Shown: positions 19,290 to 28,938 of the stretch, piece by piece
Layout of the letters: every line of letters starts with the position of its first letter
How positions within the stretch are numbered: position 1 is the stretch's first letter
Sequence record: NZ_CP025192.1
DNA: 64,000 bases
From: a plasmid
Strand: one strand, 5' to 3'
Translations under genes and position numbers: made by a program
Notes under the pieces: generated by a model
What the model was told of the DNA's origin: nothing
Databases searched by the model: none
Seen by the model: only the letters and a program-made list of their open reading frames with translations

Positions 19290-20591
19290 CTAACGATCTC
19301 CACGTTGAAAACAGAGGACGGACTCAACTGTTCCGAGCCTGTTTGTGCGACCTGTAGCATGCGGATGAATCGCCGCCATAGTTCGATGCACTGTAAAATC
19401 TTCTCGTCGCATTAACTGCAGGTTCCGACTGGCTGCCATCTCTACCAGAACGGCAGGAAGATTATTGTGAATGTCTTTGTAGTGCGAATCCTGTACTACA
19501 AAAATCGCTGCTGCACCGTCCTTAAGAACACTGGAAATCCTGGAGATAGACCGGCTCATTTTATCGAAGTAGTCGAGATGCGTCTTTAAGTAATATCCTG
19601 CAGATGACTTGGACGGGTGAAGTCTAACTTTTTCTAAGAAGTCGCGGCAGGTGGTGCCCCACTGGTTATCGTATTCGATAGGTTGCGATGGGACGCGAGT
19701 TGAACCAATCATCCGCCGGCCAAGGGCATGCACATCCGACCGAATAAGGCCATTCAATACAGCCAATTCAATCTGAGTGGCCACTGCGTAGTCTATCCGA
19801 GTGCAGTAAGGTGGTGAAGTGAGCACAAAATCTACTGTCGCCTCCCCCGCGAAAAACGAAGTGCTATCTGCTAGTCGAGCTTCTGCGAAGGTGCATTTCA
19901 GAGGATGATCGTCTGCACACTTTGAAAGCGCTTCTGCCATGCCTCTAATCTGGGATAAAAAGGTGCTCCGCAGCTCGTCATCGCGGACATGAACGAGCTC
20001 CTCGGCAGATTTCGCCCTACGCCACCATGTCGGATTGGAAGATCGGAAGGTGACGGACGCACTTCGTGCCACAGCAAATAGTGCGACGTAGAAGGCTGAA
20101 GCGATGCTTGATAGACGATCAAGATCAGCGCCCCGTTCCGATATTGTGAACCGACCCACGAGGCTGCTTGAAATCGCCTGCTCGATTGCACGGACATGGC
20201 GCGCCGTCTCGTGATCGAACCAACTCAGCAGAGGATCATCCGCCGGAAGAGTCACTGGAACATCGCAATGATCAATTAGCTTCTGACCAAGTGGCTCAAG
20301 GCTGTCTGCTTCGCTTGGAGGTAGAAGCCTTGCTCGCGCAACAGCAATCATAACCGGATTGAGATCGAGACCAATCCCAAGGTGACCGTGATTCCGAGCT
20401 GCATAAATTGTTGTCCCGCTTCCGTTCCACGGATCCAGGACAACAGCACGTGGCGCTAGGCGTGCAGAGCTGATTATGTCGGAAGCAAAAGCCTCCGGAT
20501 AACCGGCGTAGTAGGGAAAAAACCCCTCCCATCCAACTTGTAGGCGCCGATTTCGCTTGGGAGACGGGATTGCGAGACTGTCGAACATCAT
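19290..20591 (-). CDS. DNA methyltransferase (amino-MTase, N6-adenine or N4-cytosine)
   Basis: Motif I DPWNGSGTT near the N-terminus and motif IV TSPPY near residue 265. 433 aa. Its stop is 3 bp from the DUF262 start. Confidence 0.8.
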   Translation of the reverse strand: MMFDSLAIPSPKRNRRLQVGWEGFFPYYAGYPEAFASDIISSARLAPRAVVLDPWNGSGTTIYAARNHGHLGIGLDLNPVMIAVARARLLPPSEADSLEPLGQKLIDHCDVPVTLPADDPLLSWFDHETARHVRAIEQAISSSLVGRFTISERGADLDRLSSIASAFYVALFAVARSASVTFRSSNPTWWRRAKSAEELVHVRDDELRSTFLSQIRGMAEALSKCADDHPLKCTFAEARLADSTSFFAGEATVDFVLTSPPYCTRIDYAVATQIELAVLNGLIRSDVHALGRRMIGSTRVPSQPIEYDNQWGTTCRDFLEKVRLHPSKSSAGYYLKTHLDYFDKMSRSISRISSVLKDGAAAIFVVQDSHYKDIHNNLPAVLVEMAASRNLQLMRREDFTVHRTMAAIHPHATGRTNRLGTVESVLCFQRGDR

Positions 20592-20643
20592 GTCTGCGCA
20601 GTCTGTAGGAGGTACGCAGGGGTCAAGTCTGCCTTGCTCTCCA

Positions 20644-20961
20644 TCATGCGACCGTTGTCAGCCCGTTCTTGGCGACGAGCGAGAGAAGCTTAAGGGACGG
20701 GCCTTGCGGGCGCTTCTCGCCGCGCTCCCACTGGCTGACGAGGCCCGTCGTGACGTTGAGATAGCGCGCGAACACGGCTTGGCTGGCCCCTTCCCGTTCA
20801 CGGAGAGCACGGATTTCTTCAGGTGTGAGCGGGCGCACGGGCGTCAGGCAGGCGTCGTCGAACTGGCGCATGGTCTGCTTGTCCATGAGCCCGGCATTGT
20901 GGAGGCCCTCGGCGGTCTCGTGGATCGAGGCCATGGCCCTGCTGCGATACTGCTTACTCAT
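20644..20961 (-). CDS. XRE-family HTH antitoxin
   Basis: 105 aa. HTH LTPEEIRALREREGASQAVFARYLNVTTGLVSQWERGEK. Overlaps the upstream toxin gene by 8 bp. Confidence 0.75.
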   Translation of the reverse strand: MSKQYRSRAMASIHETAEGLHNAGLMDKQTMRQFDDACLTPVRPLTPEEIRALREREGASQAVFARYLNVTTGLVSQWERGEKRPQGPSLKLLSLVAKNGLTTVA

Positions 20962-21328
20962 CCTCCGTTACCTCCGTCAGCACGCCGGCGCCGATCGCTG
21001 TCGCGAGCGCCGCATCGTCATAAGCCAGCAACTGCGCCGCCAGCAGCTTGAAAGCGGCCAGCTCGTCATCGCGGATGTTGTCCTGCTCGTTCTTGGCGAA
21101 GCCATGCACGAAGAAGGACCGCTCCCCAACCCGGAAGAGGATGATCGTGCGGAACCCGCCCGACTTCCCTGCTCCCTCGCGGGCAATGCGCTGCTTGATG
21201 ACCCCGCCGCCCAGATCGGCGTCGATCAGTCCCCGCCCTGCCCTGCCGACCGCCTCGCGCAACGCCGCGTCGCTCAACCGCGCCTTCCTGGCGAACCGCG
21301 CAAACGGCTTGTTCTTGAATATCCTCAC
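20954..21328 (-). CDS. RelE/ParE-superfamily toxin (HigB-like, toxin-first arrangement)
   Basis: 124 aa. KSGGFRTIILFRVGERSFFVHGFAKNE is typical of this RelE-fold toxin family. Confidence 0.7.
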   Translation of the reverse strand: MRIFKNKPFARFARKARLSDAALREAVGRAGRGLIDADLGGGVIKQRIAREGAGKSGGFRTIILFRVGERSFFVHGFAKNEQDNIRDDELAAFKLLAAQLLAYDDAALATAIGAGVLTEVTEDE

Positions 21329-21654
21329 CTGCCCTCACCAACAGCCGCCGCGAGGTCATCCAAAAATTACTATAGCACTTAGTGCTATAAAATGCAAGGC
21401 GGGCGTCCCCCCTACCCTTGGGCCGCCAGACGGGGCCAGGCTGTGCCATAATGGCGGCTGAACCCGGTGTCGGGCGGGCTCAAGGCCTGCCCGGCCGTCT
21501 GCCAGAGGGCCGATGTGCAACCGCTGCGCTGACCGCCTCCCGCTTGAACTCCTCCGTCCAGCCCCGCTGACGTGGATCTCCCATCGCGCCCTCCAAGTCA
21601 TCATGACCTTACCTGAGCGCTCTCCACTTCTCCCGGGAAAGTCCAAGGAGGGGC

Positions 21655-21908
21655 TGTCCTGGACTCCTGCGGGGCAGTCCAGTGGCCCTGGACTCTTGCG
21701 GGACCCGAGTCGTCGGTCTCTCGGAGACATGGCGGAGCCTCGTCCACAGGGCAAACCTGGGCTTTTGCGGGTATCCCCAGGATTCATGCGGGATACCCTC
21801 GTGTAGAAATCAATGACTTATGAAGTTATCTACTGGGTTCCTGCGGGGCATAACTAATAGAGTTTCTAATAATCTTCAAATAGCTCGTCCCGCAGAAGTC
21901 CAGGTGGA
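21655..21908. repeat. iteron array (five direct and one inverted copy of a roughly 17-bp repeat, consensus near CTGGAYTCNTGCGGGRY) plus an AT-rich stretch: candidate oriV
   Basis: Copies at about 21657, 21688, 21758, 21780, 21834 and inverted at 21889. One more inverted copy lies after repA at about 22944-22962. AT-rich segment at 21805-21880. Confidence 0.6.
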
Positions 21909-21950
21909 CACGCCACCCCAGATCGAGCACGTTCTTCAGCGAGATTTGGG

Positions 21951-22934
21951 ATGGCATCTGTGGAGGACGAGGCGATGGGGACAGTCCATCGACTCATTGA
22001 GGAGCACGGGCGGCAAGGGGCATTGAAAATGGCTCCAACCGACGGAGACCGCCGCGCCATCGAGGCCGCCATCCAGTACATGGCCGACGAGGACGCCGGG
22101 ATCGGCTTCCTCTACAGCGGTTGGTGCCAAGCCGCCCTACCCCACAAGAAGCTCGCTGACGATGCGGCCTGGAAGATCGAGACCGACCGGGTCGCGCTCA
22201 TCGTCGAGCCAGGGCGTCGCAACATCCCCGGTGGAGGCATAGAATGGGTCGGCGCACCTTACGGCTCGCGAGCCCGCCTCATCTTGCTGTTTCTACAGAG
22301 CGAGGCGCTCCGGACCAATTCCCGCGACATCGAACTCGGGAGAAGCCTACACATGTGGCTCGGGCGCCTCGGGATCCCGATCGGCGGCAAGAGCTTCAAG
22401 GACGTCCGGGAACAGGCCGAGCGCCTCTCTAGGTGCCGGATGACCTTCCACATCATCGCAGGCGACCGGGCTGGGCTGGTCAACCAGAACATTGTAGACA
22501 CTGCGATGTTCGTGCAGGAACCGTCGGCCGAGGGCCAGGGTTCCCTGTTTGTCGAAACAGCGCGCCTCTCGGAGACCTTTTTCGAGCAACTCAGGAAGCA
22601 CCCGGTGCCCCTAGAAGAGTCGGCGATACGGGCGATCTCAAATAACTCGCAAGCTCTCGACATCTACTGCTGGCTCGCATACCGGCTCCACGTTCTTCCG
22701 CCCGGGAGGCCGGTCTCGGTGTCCTGGCGGGCACTGTTCGGGCAGTTCGGGGCCTCCTACAAGCGCATCGATCACTGGAAAGAGCGCTTCGTGGACAGCC
22801 TGAAGATCGCGACTGCGGTCTACCCACACGCAAGCATCGAAGTGGCACCCGAGGGCCTCGTGTTGCGCCAGTCCCGCCCGCCGGTGGCGCCTCGCCTCGT
22901 CTCTGGCGGATCTCCCGCAAGAGCCCAAGGATAA
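21951..22934 (+). CDS. repA: plasmid replication initiator RepA (RPA family)
   Basis: 327-aa protein similar to alphaproteobacterial plasmid replication initiator protein A. Preceded and followed by iterons. Start could be at 21975 instead. Confidence 0.65.
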   Translation: MASVEDEAMGTVHRLIEEHGRQGALKMAPTDGDRRAIEAAIQYMADEDAGIGFLYSGWCQAALPHKKLADDAAWKIETDRVALIVEPGRRNIPGGGIEWVGAPYGSRARLILLFLQSEALRTNSRDIELGRSLHMWLGRLGIPIGGKSFKDVREQAERLSRCRMTFHIIAGDRAGLVNQNIVDTAMFVQEPSAEGQGSLFVETARLSETFFEQLRKHPVPLEESAIRAISNNSQALDIYCWLAYRLHVLPPGRPVSVSWRALFGQFGASYKRIDHWKERFVDSLKIATAVYPHASIEVAPEGLVLRQSRPPVAPRLVSGGSPARAQG

Positions 22935-23391
22935 GCAGCACCGTTTTCCTGGACCCCGCAAAAGTCCAAGAAAAACCGGGCAGCTCGGGACCCCTCCTGA
23001 CGCTGGGGCGGCCAATCCTACCGCAGCCCCTTCCCGCCGCCGATCCATGCACCACGGTCCAGGAACGGGACAAACAGGTCCAGCTGGGGCCGGACGACCG
23101 GGCGCTTTCCGCTCATGCCCCCCTGCCCTTCTTGACGCGCTCCCTCTCCAGGGCCGCCAGGGCCATCTCAACGATCTCACCGAGCGCCTGGCTGCTTAAT
23201 GCCCGCTTTCCAAGATCAAGCCCCAGGATGTTCACCGTGCCTCCGGGTGCCGCCACCCAGTTCGATAGTATGATGCGTGTGGATCGGCATGGAATAGGAA
23301 CCCTGTTGGAGGGGTGATCGGCGTCCAAACGGGACCCCACTGACGGCGGGGTTCACAGTGGTTTCCGGGATGATCGGGAGCCAGTGCTGGG

Positions 23392-24644
23392 ATGCTGGTC
23401 GTGGAGACAGTGGCAAAGATCCGGCGCCTGCACCGGGTGCAGGGCAAGTCGATCAAGGCGATCTGTCGTGAGCTCGGGATTTCGCGAAAGGTGGTCCGGA
23501 AGGTTCTGCGGTCCGGGGAGACGGAATTCCGCTACAGCCGGGCGCGGCAGCCGCAGCCCAAGCTGGGGCCGTGGCAGGCCGAGCTGGAGCGCCTGCTGGA
23601 GGCGAACGAGGCGCGGCCGCGGCGCGAGCGGCTGACGCTGGTGCGGGTCTACGAGACGCTGCGTGAGCTGGGGTACGAGGGCGGCTACGACGCGGTCCGG
23701 CGACATGCGCGGGGGTGGCAGGCGTCACGGGCGACGGCGGTGGCAGCAGCCTTCGTGCCGCTGAGCTTCGCGCCGGGCGAGGCATACCAGTTCGATTGGA
23801 GCCACGAGGTCGTGCTGATCGGCGGCACGACAGTGACCGTCAAAGTCGCGCATGTGAGGCTGTGCCACAGCCGGATGCTGTTCGTCCGCGCTTATCCGCG
23901 CGAGACGCAAGAGATGGTGTTTGACGCTCATGACCGGGCGTTCGCCTTCTTTCGCGGTACCTGCACGCGGGGCATCTACGACAACATGCGCACGGCGGTG
24001 GACGCGATCCTGGTGGGACGGGATCGCGCCTACAACCGGCGTTTCCTGCGCATGTGCAGCCACTACCTGGTCGAGCCGGTGGCCTGCACTCCGGCCTCGG
24101 GCTGGGAGAAAGGTCAGGTCGAGAACCAGGTCGGGCTGGTGCGGGAGCGGTTCTTTACGCCGCGGCTGCGGGTGAGGAGTTACGAGGAGCTGAACGCCCT
24201 CCTGCTGGAGCGGTGCGTGTCCCATGCCCGGGCCAATCGGCATCCGGAGCAGAGGGAGCGGACCGTCTGGGAGGCGTTCGAGGCAGAGCGGCCAAGCCTG
24301 GTGCCTTACGCTGGGCGGTTCGACGGGTTCCATGCCGTGCCTGCCGCGGTATCCAAGACCTGCCTGGTGCGGTTCGACAACAACAAGTACTCGGTGATGG
24401 CGAGCGCGGTGGGGCGGCCGGTCGAGATCCGGGCCTATGCCGAGCGGATCGAGTTGCGCCAGGACGGCCGGGTGGTGGGCGAGCACCGGCGCGTGTTCGG
24501 CCGGGACCAGACGGTGTTCGACCCCTGGCACTACGTGCCCGTGCTGGCGCGCAAACCTGGAGCGCTGCGCAACGGGGCACCGTTCAAGGACTGGCTGCTC
24601 CCCAGTGCACTGGAACGGGTCCGCCGCAAGCTGGCCACAGCCAC
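23392..24644 (+). pseudogene. istA: IS21-family transposase IstA, 5' part
   Basis: HTH plus DDE core (FDWSHEV...). The frame is broken at 24645 by the IS3 insertion and resumes at 25980. Confidence 0.8.
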
Positions 24645-24683
24645 TGAACCGCCCCGGGTATGCCGGAGGCTGATTGGTTTGGG

Positions 24684-25586
24684 TTAGGCTGCCAGGGCGG
24701 GCTCCTCAAGCCTGGCGTAGTAGCGCGCCTCTGCTTCGGCCGGTGGCATGTTGCCGATCGGCTCGAGGAGGCGGCGGTGGTTGAACCAGTCGACCCACTC
24801 GAGGGTGGCATATTCGACGGCCTCGAGGGATCGCCACGGGCCACGGCGCCGGATGACCTCGGTCTTGAACAGGCCGATGACGGTCTCGGCGAGGGCGTTG
24901 TCGTAGCTGTCGCCGACGCTGCCGACCGAGGGCTCGATCCCGGCCTCGAGCAGGCGTTCCGTGTACCGAATGCTGAGGTACTGCCCACCCCTGTCGCTAT
25001 GATGGGTCAGGCCGCCCTTCGCCGGGCGGCGGTCATGCAGGGCTTGTTCCAGGGCATCGAGGACAAAGCCCGCATGCGCCGTCCGCGAGACCCGCCAGCC
25101 GACGATGCGGCGGGCGAAGACGTCGATGACGAAGGCGGCATAGACGAAGCCCTGCCAGGTCGCGACGTAGGTGAAGTCCGACACCCACAGCATGTCCGGT
25201 CGCGGCGCCCGGAACTGGCGGTTCACCTTGTCCGCCGGGCAGGGCGTGGCCTTGTCGGCGATCGTGGTCCTGACCTCCTTGCCGCGGACGACGCCGCGCA
25301 GGCCCATGCTCCGCATCAGGCGTTCCACCGTGCAGCGGGCCACCGCGATGCCCTCCCGGCCGAGCTGCCGCCAGACCTTGCGGGCGCCGTAGACCCCGAA
25401 GTTGGCCGCATGCACCTGCCGGATCCCCTCCATGAGCACCAGGTCCTGCCGGGCGCGCGGCGAGGTCTTGGCCGGATCACCACGCCGGGCAACATGGGCG
25501 TGGTAGGTCGACGGCGCGATCGGCAGCACCCTGCAGATCGGCTCGACACCGTAGACCCCGCGGTGATCGTCGATGAAGGCGATCAT
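24684..25586 (-). CDS. IS3-family transposase OrfB
   Basis: 300 aa. DDE motifs HHSDRGGQY and YDNALAE. Confidence 0.85.
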   Translation of the reverse strand: MIAFIDDHRGVYGVEPICRVLPIAPSTYHAHVARRGDPAKTSPRARQDLVLMEGIRQVHAANFGVYGARKVWRQLGREGIAVARCTVERLMRSMGLRGVVRGKEVRTTIADKATPCPADKVNRQFRAPRPDMLWVSDFTYVATWQGFVYAAFVIDVFARRIVGWRVSRTAHAGFVLDALEQALHDRRPAKGGLTHHSDRGGQYLSIRYTERLLEAGIEPSVGSVGDSYDNALAETVIGLFKTEVIRRRGPWRSLEAVEYATLEWVDWFNHRRLLEPIGNMPPAEAEARYYARLEEPALAA

Positions 25587-25912
25587 GGCTTCGAGCGGCG
25601 GTCGAGCTCCGCCACCGCGAAATAGGCCGACGCCTTGCGCAGGATCTCATTGGCCTGGCGCAGCTCGCGAACCTCGCGTTCCAGAGCCTTGATCCGCTCC
25701 CCCTCCGCACTCGTCGGCCCAGGCCGCAGGCCCCGGTCGCGCTCAGCCTGCCTTACCCAGCCGCGCAGAGTCTCCGTCGTGCAGCCGATCTTGGCCGCGA
25801 TCGAGCCGATCGCCGCCCACTGCGAGGCGTGGTCGCCTCCGTGCTCCAGCACCATCCGCACCGCCCGTTCCCGGACCTCAGGCGAATACCGGTTCGACGT
25901 CTTCTTCGTCAT
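25583..25912 (-). CDS. IS3-family transposase OrfA
   Basis: 109 aa. HTH plus leucine zipper. Confidence 0.85.
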   Translation of the reverse strand: MTKKTSNRYSPEVRERAVRMVLEHGGDHASQWAAIGSIAAKIGCTTETLRGWVRQAERDRGLRPGPTSAEGERIKALEREVRELRQANEILRKASAYFAVAELDRRSKP

Positions 25913-25979
25913 GGCTCCATCCTCTCAAGAATAGGAGCCTCCAGGGAAACCGGGGCGGTTCACCACCGATGGCGACCGG

Positions 25980-26213
25980 CAGATGGTGGAGATCCTGACC
26001 AGGGTGTTGGACGACGGTCTGGCTGCGGTTGAGGCCGCTTGCAGCGAGGCGCTGCGTGAGGGCGTCCACTCGGCCGATGTCATCCTCAACATCCTCGCCC
26101 GCCAGCGCGAGCCACCGCCACCGGTGACCATCCTGACCCCGGAGGCGCTCCGGCTGCGGCATGCGCCCCTGGCCGACTGCAGCCGCTACGACAGCCTGAG
26201 GAGAGGACCCTGA
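25980..26213 (+). pseudogene. istA: IS21-family IstA, 3' part
   Basis: TDGDRQMVEILTRVLDDGLAAVEAACSEAL continues IstA in frame once the IS3 and its duplicated CCAC are removed. Confidence 0.75.
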
Positions 26214-26941
26214 TGGAACGCACCGCTATCCTCGCCACCATGGGCGAGCTGAAGCTCTACGGCATGCGCGCGGCGTTTGACGCCATCATCACGACCGCCG
26301 TCAAACGCCAGCATGAGCCACAGCAGGTTATCGGCGACTTTGTCTCGGCCGAGATCGCCGAGAAGCAGGCGCGCTCGATCAAGTATCAGATCGCCACCGC
26401 CAAGCTGCCGCTGGCCAAGGACGTGGACGAGTTCGGGTTCGACGGTACCCCGGTTAACGAGGCTCTGGTCCGTGATCTCGCGGGTGGCGGGTTCCTGGCC
26501 CAGCAGCGCAACGTGGTGCTCGTCGGTGGCACCGGCACGGGCAAAACCCATTTGGCTATCGCCATTGCCCGGGCCTGCATCCGCGATGGAGCGCGCGGAC
26601 GGTTCTACAACGTGGTTGACCTGGTGAACCGCCTCGAGGCCGAGACCCGGGCCGGACGACAAGGGCGCATCGCCGATCATCTCTGCCGCCTGGATTTCGT
26701 TGTCCTCGACGAGCTCGGCTATCTGCCATTCGCCCAGTCCGGCGGCCAGTTGCTGTTCCACCTTGTCAGCCGTCTCTACGAGCAGACCTCGGTCATCGTC
26801 ACCACCAACCTCGCTTTTGGTGAATGGCCCAGCGTCTTTGGGGACGCCAAGATGACCACCGCCTTGCTCGACCGCCTCACTCACCACTGCGACATCGTCG
26901 AGACCGGCAACGACAGTTGGCGATTCAAGAACCGCGCCTGA
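26213..26941 (+). CDS. istB: IS21-family helper ATPase IstB
   Basis: Walker [12 protein letters not shown], Walker [10 protein letters not shown] and the conserved C-terminal [21 protein letters not shown]. Confidence 0.9.
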   Translation: MERTAILATMGELKLYGMRAAFDAIITTAVKRQHEPQQVIGDFVSAEIAEKQARSIKYQIATAKLPLAKDVDEFGFDGTPVNEALVRDLAGGGFLAQQRNVVLVGGTGTGKTHLAIAIARACIRDGARGRFYNVVDLVNRLEAETRAGRQGRIADHLCRLDFVVLDELGYLPFAQSGGQLLFHLVSRLYEQTSVIVTTNLAFGEWPSVFGDAKMTTALLDRLTHHCDIVETGNDSWRFKNRA

Positions 26942-26966
26942 ACGCCTTACAAGAGGGGTCCCTTTT

Positions 26967-28610
26967 GGGCTCTGACGCAATTTCGATGGCGGTCATCGGC
27001 CTGCTGCTATGACGCGGGCCTGGAGCAGGTCGAGATTCCCTCTGCCATACATCTGGCGTTTGACCACCTTCAGCTTGTTGATCTGCCCCTCGGCTTGGGC
27101 GTTGGACCAAGCGGAGGAAATTGCGGCTCGGACGGCGACATGATCCCGGGCGAGCCCGCGCGCGAACGGGGCCAGGAGGCTGGCTGCCGCCCTGTCGAGC
27201 CAGCCATCCAACGCGGCCTCATGTTTTCGGCGGATCAAGGCGTGAAAGGCTTCGACGATCTCCCGCGCCTGGACCAGGGTAGGCACCGCTGCTTCGATAG
27301 CAGCCACCGTCACAGTCTGCGTCTTGGACAGGCTGTCACGCGCCATGGTCATCAGGCGTGCCACGGTGCGGGCCGACGGAACACGGCTCAGCCCCTCGAC
27401 GTTGACCTGCTCTGACCGGCGGCGACGCGTCGCCCACTCTGCGACCACCCGCAGCGAGCCGTGGAAGCCGAGATCGCGAAGCTCGCGCCACAGCGCGGCG
27501 CCGTTGCGGACTCCAGCCGCCCAGCGCGCGTCCAGCCAGGGGAGGTGTGCGTCGAGCGAGCTTTCCCGCGTGCGGAACACATCCGCGCGCTGGCCGCGCA
27601 GGATGCGCCGCACCGTTCCGCGGCTATGACCGGTGCACCGGACGATCTCCTTGATCGCCTTGCCCGCCTTGTGCAGCGCCAAGACCGCGGCGTTGGCGTC
27701 CTCACGTCGGAGATAACCCTCGTACTGGAGCTTCTCCGCCGCGGTCAGCAGCCGGGGGTCGACCGTGGTGGCGCCGATAGCCGCGCGCACCTGGCGCATG
27801 CAGGCTCGGGTCGCGGCCAGAAAAGCCTGGCTGGCGTTCTCCATCAGGTGCCAACGATCGGCTACCTGCATCGCATCAGGTAGCGCCCGTGCCGCGGCCA
27901 GGGCGTAGGCGCCACCGCGGTCGCGGGTCACGATCTCGATCTGCGGCTGGCCGGACAACCAGGCCTGCGCCGTTGCGGGCTCGCGGTCGGGCAAGAGGGC
28001 GATAGTGCGTCGTCGCTCCAGGTCGCAGATCAGCGTGCCGTAACGGTGGTTGCGCTTCCACGCCCAATCATCGATCCCGACCGCCTGCGGTGGCGTGAAC
28101 GCTGGGCTTCCACGGCGCCGGACGACCCGCAGCAAGGTGTCGTTGCTGACCGGTAATCGCAGCCTCTGGGCGAAGCTCGCGGCCGGACGGCCGCCAAGCG
28201 CCAGGCCGAGGTGGTGGACGATCTCGTCCAGCCGGGCCGTGCGCCGAGCCCATGGCGTCGCAGCCACGAACCGTTCGGAGAAGATGCGGCGGGGGCACAG
28301 GGCACGGTCGCAGCGGAACCGCCGGACGAGGAGCTTCAATTCCACAGGACGCCCGCTCAACGGGAGATCGGCCAAGTTCCGAGTGTAGCGGCTGTGCACT
28401 CGATGGCTGACGCCACCACAGCCGGGACAGATCCCTGCTACCGTTGATGGTCGCACCGTCATCACCACCGCTGTGCCGGTCTCGTCCACGCTCTCCAGGA
28501 CGAATCCTGGCGGGATTAAAGCTGCTGGACTGAGGTTCCTCGCCATCCTGCTGATCCCTGACTGACCAGGGAACCCAGCACGTCAACTTCAGCAAAATTG
28601 AGTCAGAACC
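26967..28610 (-). mobile_element. ISL3-family element with roughly 8-bp TSD CCCTTTTG
   Basis: IRs GGCTCTGACGCAATTTCG (26967) and the inverted match CAAAATTGAGTCAGAACC (28593-28610). CCCTTTTG is present at both junctions. Inserted into the very end of the IS21 element. Confidence 0.8.
26993..28546 (-). CDS. ISL3-family transposase
   Basis: 517 aa. N-terminal zinc finger CPGCG...H and the C-terminal signature QAEGQINKLKVVKRQMYGRGNLDLLQARV. Confidence 0.9.
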   Translation of the reverse strand: MARNLSPAALIPPGFVLESVDETGTAVVMTVRPSTVAGICPGCGGVSHRVHSRYTRNLADLPLSGRPVELKLLVRRFRCDRALCPRRIFSERFVAATPWARRTARLDEIVHHLGLALGGRPAASFAQRLRLPVSNDTLLRVVRRRGSPAFTPPQAVGIDDWAWKRNHRYGTLICDLERRRTIALLPDREPATAQAWLSGQPQIEIVTRDRGGAYALAAARALPDAMQVADRWHLMENASQAFLAATRACMRQVRAAIGATTVDPRLLTAAEKLQYEGYLRREDANAAVLALHKAGKAIKEIVRCTGHSRGTVRRILRGQRADVFRTRESSLDAHLPWLDARWAAGVRNGAALWRELRDLGFHGSLRVVAEWATRRRRSEQVNVEGLSRVPSARTVARLMTMARDSLSKTQTVTVAAIEAAVPTLVQAREIVEAFHALIRRKHEAALDGWLDRAAASLLAPFARGLARDHVAVRAAISSAWSNAQAEGQINKLKVVKRQMYGRGNLDLLQARVIAAGR

Positions 28611-28938
28611 CCTTTTGCGCGCCGATCTGGGGTCCCAATTCAGTGCCGATTGACAGGTAGGGCGGCTCGTCGACCAGGAGGGCGTAGGCGCGTTGCAGAG
28701 CCTCCAGCTTCAGCGGATCGGTCTGCTCCGCGAAGCCCCGCAGCGTGCCCATCGCGATCTCCACCTCGCTCCGGCGCGGGGCCAGCGCCGCCTCGAACTC
28801 CGCTATCGAGGCGGCTTTCGCCGGCTCGACCGCGACCAGGAAGTCGAGGGCCGCCCGCACGTCGCGCTCGGTGATGAAGTGCGGGTGGTCGGGGCCGGCA
28901 TAGCGGATCACGGTGGGACGCGAGACGAAGGTCATGGC
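28603..28938 (-). CDS. small hypothetical protein, last gene of the dotL operon, with its 3' end running into the ISL3 terminal repeat
   Basis: MTFVSRPTVIRYAGPDHPHF...GAQKGF. The final codons and the stop are supplied by the ISL3 TSD and IR, so the native C-terminus is probably lost. Confidence 0.45.
   Translation of the reverse strand, partial: AMTFVSRPTVIRYAGPDHPHFITERDVRAALDFLVAVEPAKAASIAEFEAALAPRRSEVEIAMGTLRGFAEQTDPLKLEALQRAYALLVDEPPYLSIGTELGPQIGAQKGF

Larger units (their letters stand above)
24645..25979 (-). mobile_element. IS3-family element copy 2 (1335 bp), 4-bp TSD CCAC
   Basis: IR TGAACCGCCCCGGGTATGCCGGAGGC and its inverted match ending GGCGGTTCA. Related to copy 1 but not identical (OrfB about 80 percent identical). 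Confidence 0.8.
23326..26966 (+). mobile_element. IS21-family element with istA interrupted by IS3 copy 2
   Basis: Terminal repeats CAAACGGGACCCCACTG (left) and its inverted match CAAGAGGGGTCCCTTTTG (right). istA at 23392, istB at 26213-26941. Confidence 0.65.

Noticed and set aside
23113-23340. 75-aa ORF with a C-terminus reminiscent of a ribbon-helix-helix protein, next to the IS21 left end
   Set aside because: Too short and too weakly similar. It overlaps the IS21 terminal region. Possibly a remnant, so not called.
14645-24645. Exactly 10,000-bp offset between the left ends of the two IS3 copies, considered as a possible assembly duplication
   Set aside because: The copies differ in sequence (IR spacers, OrfB 301 versus 300 aa at about 80 percent identity, different TSDs and different flanks), so they are independent insertions.
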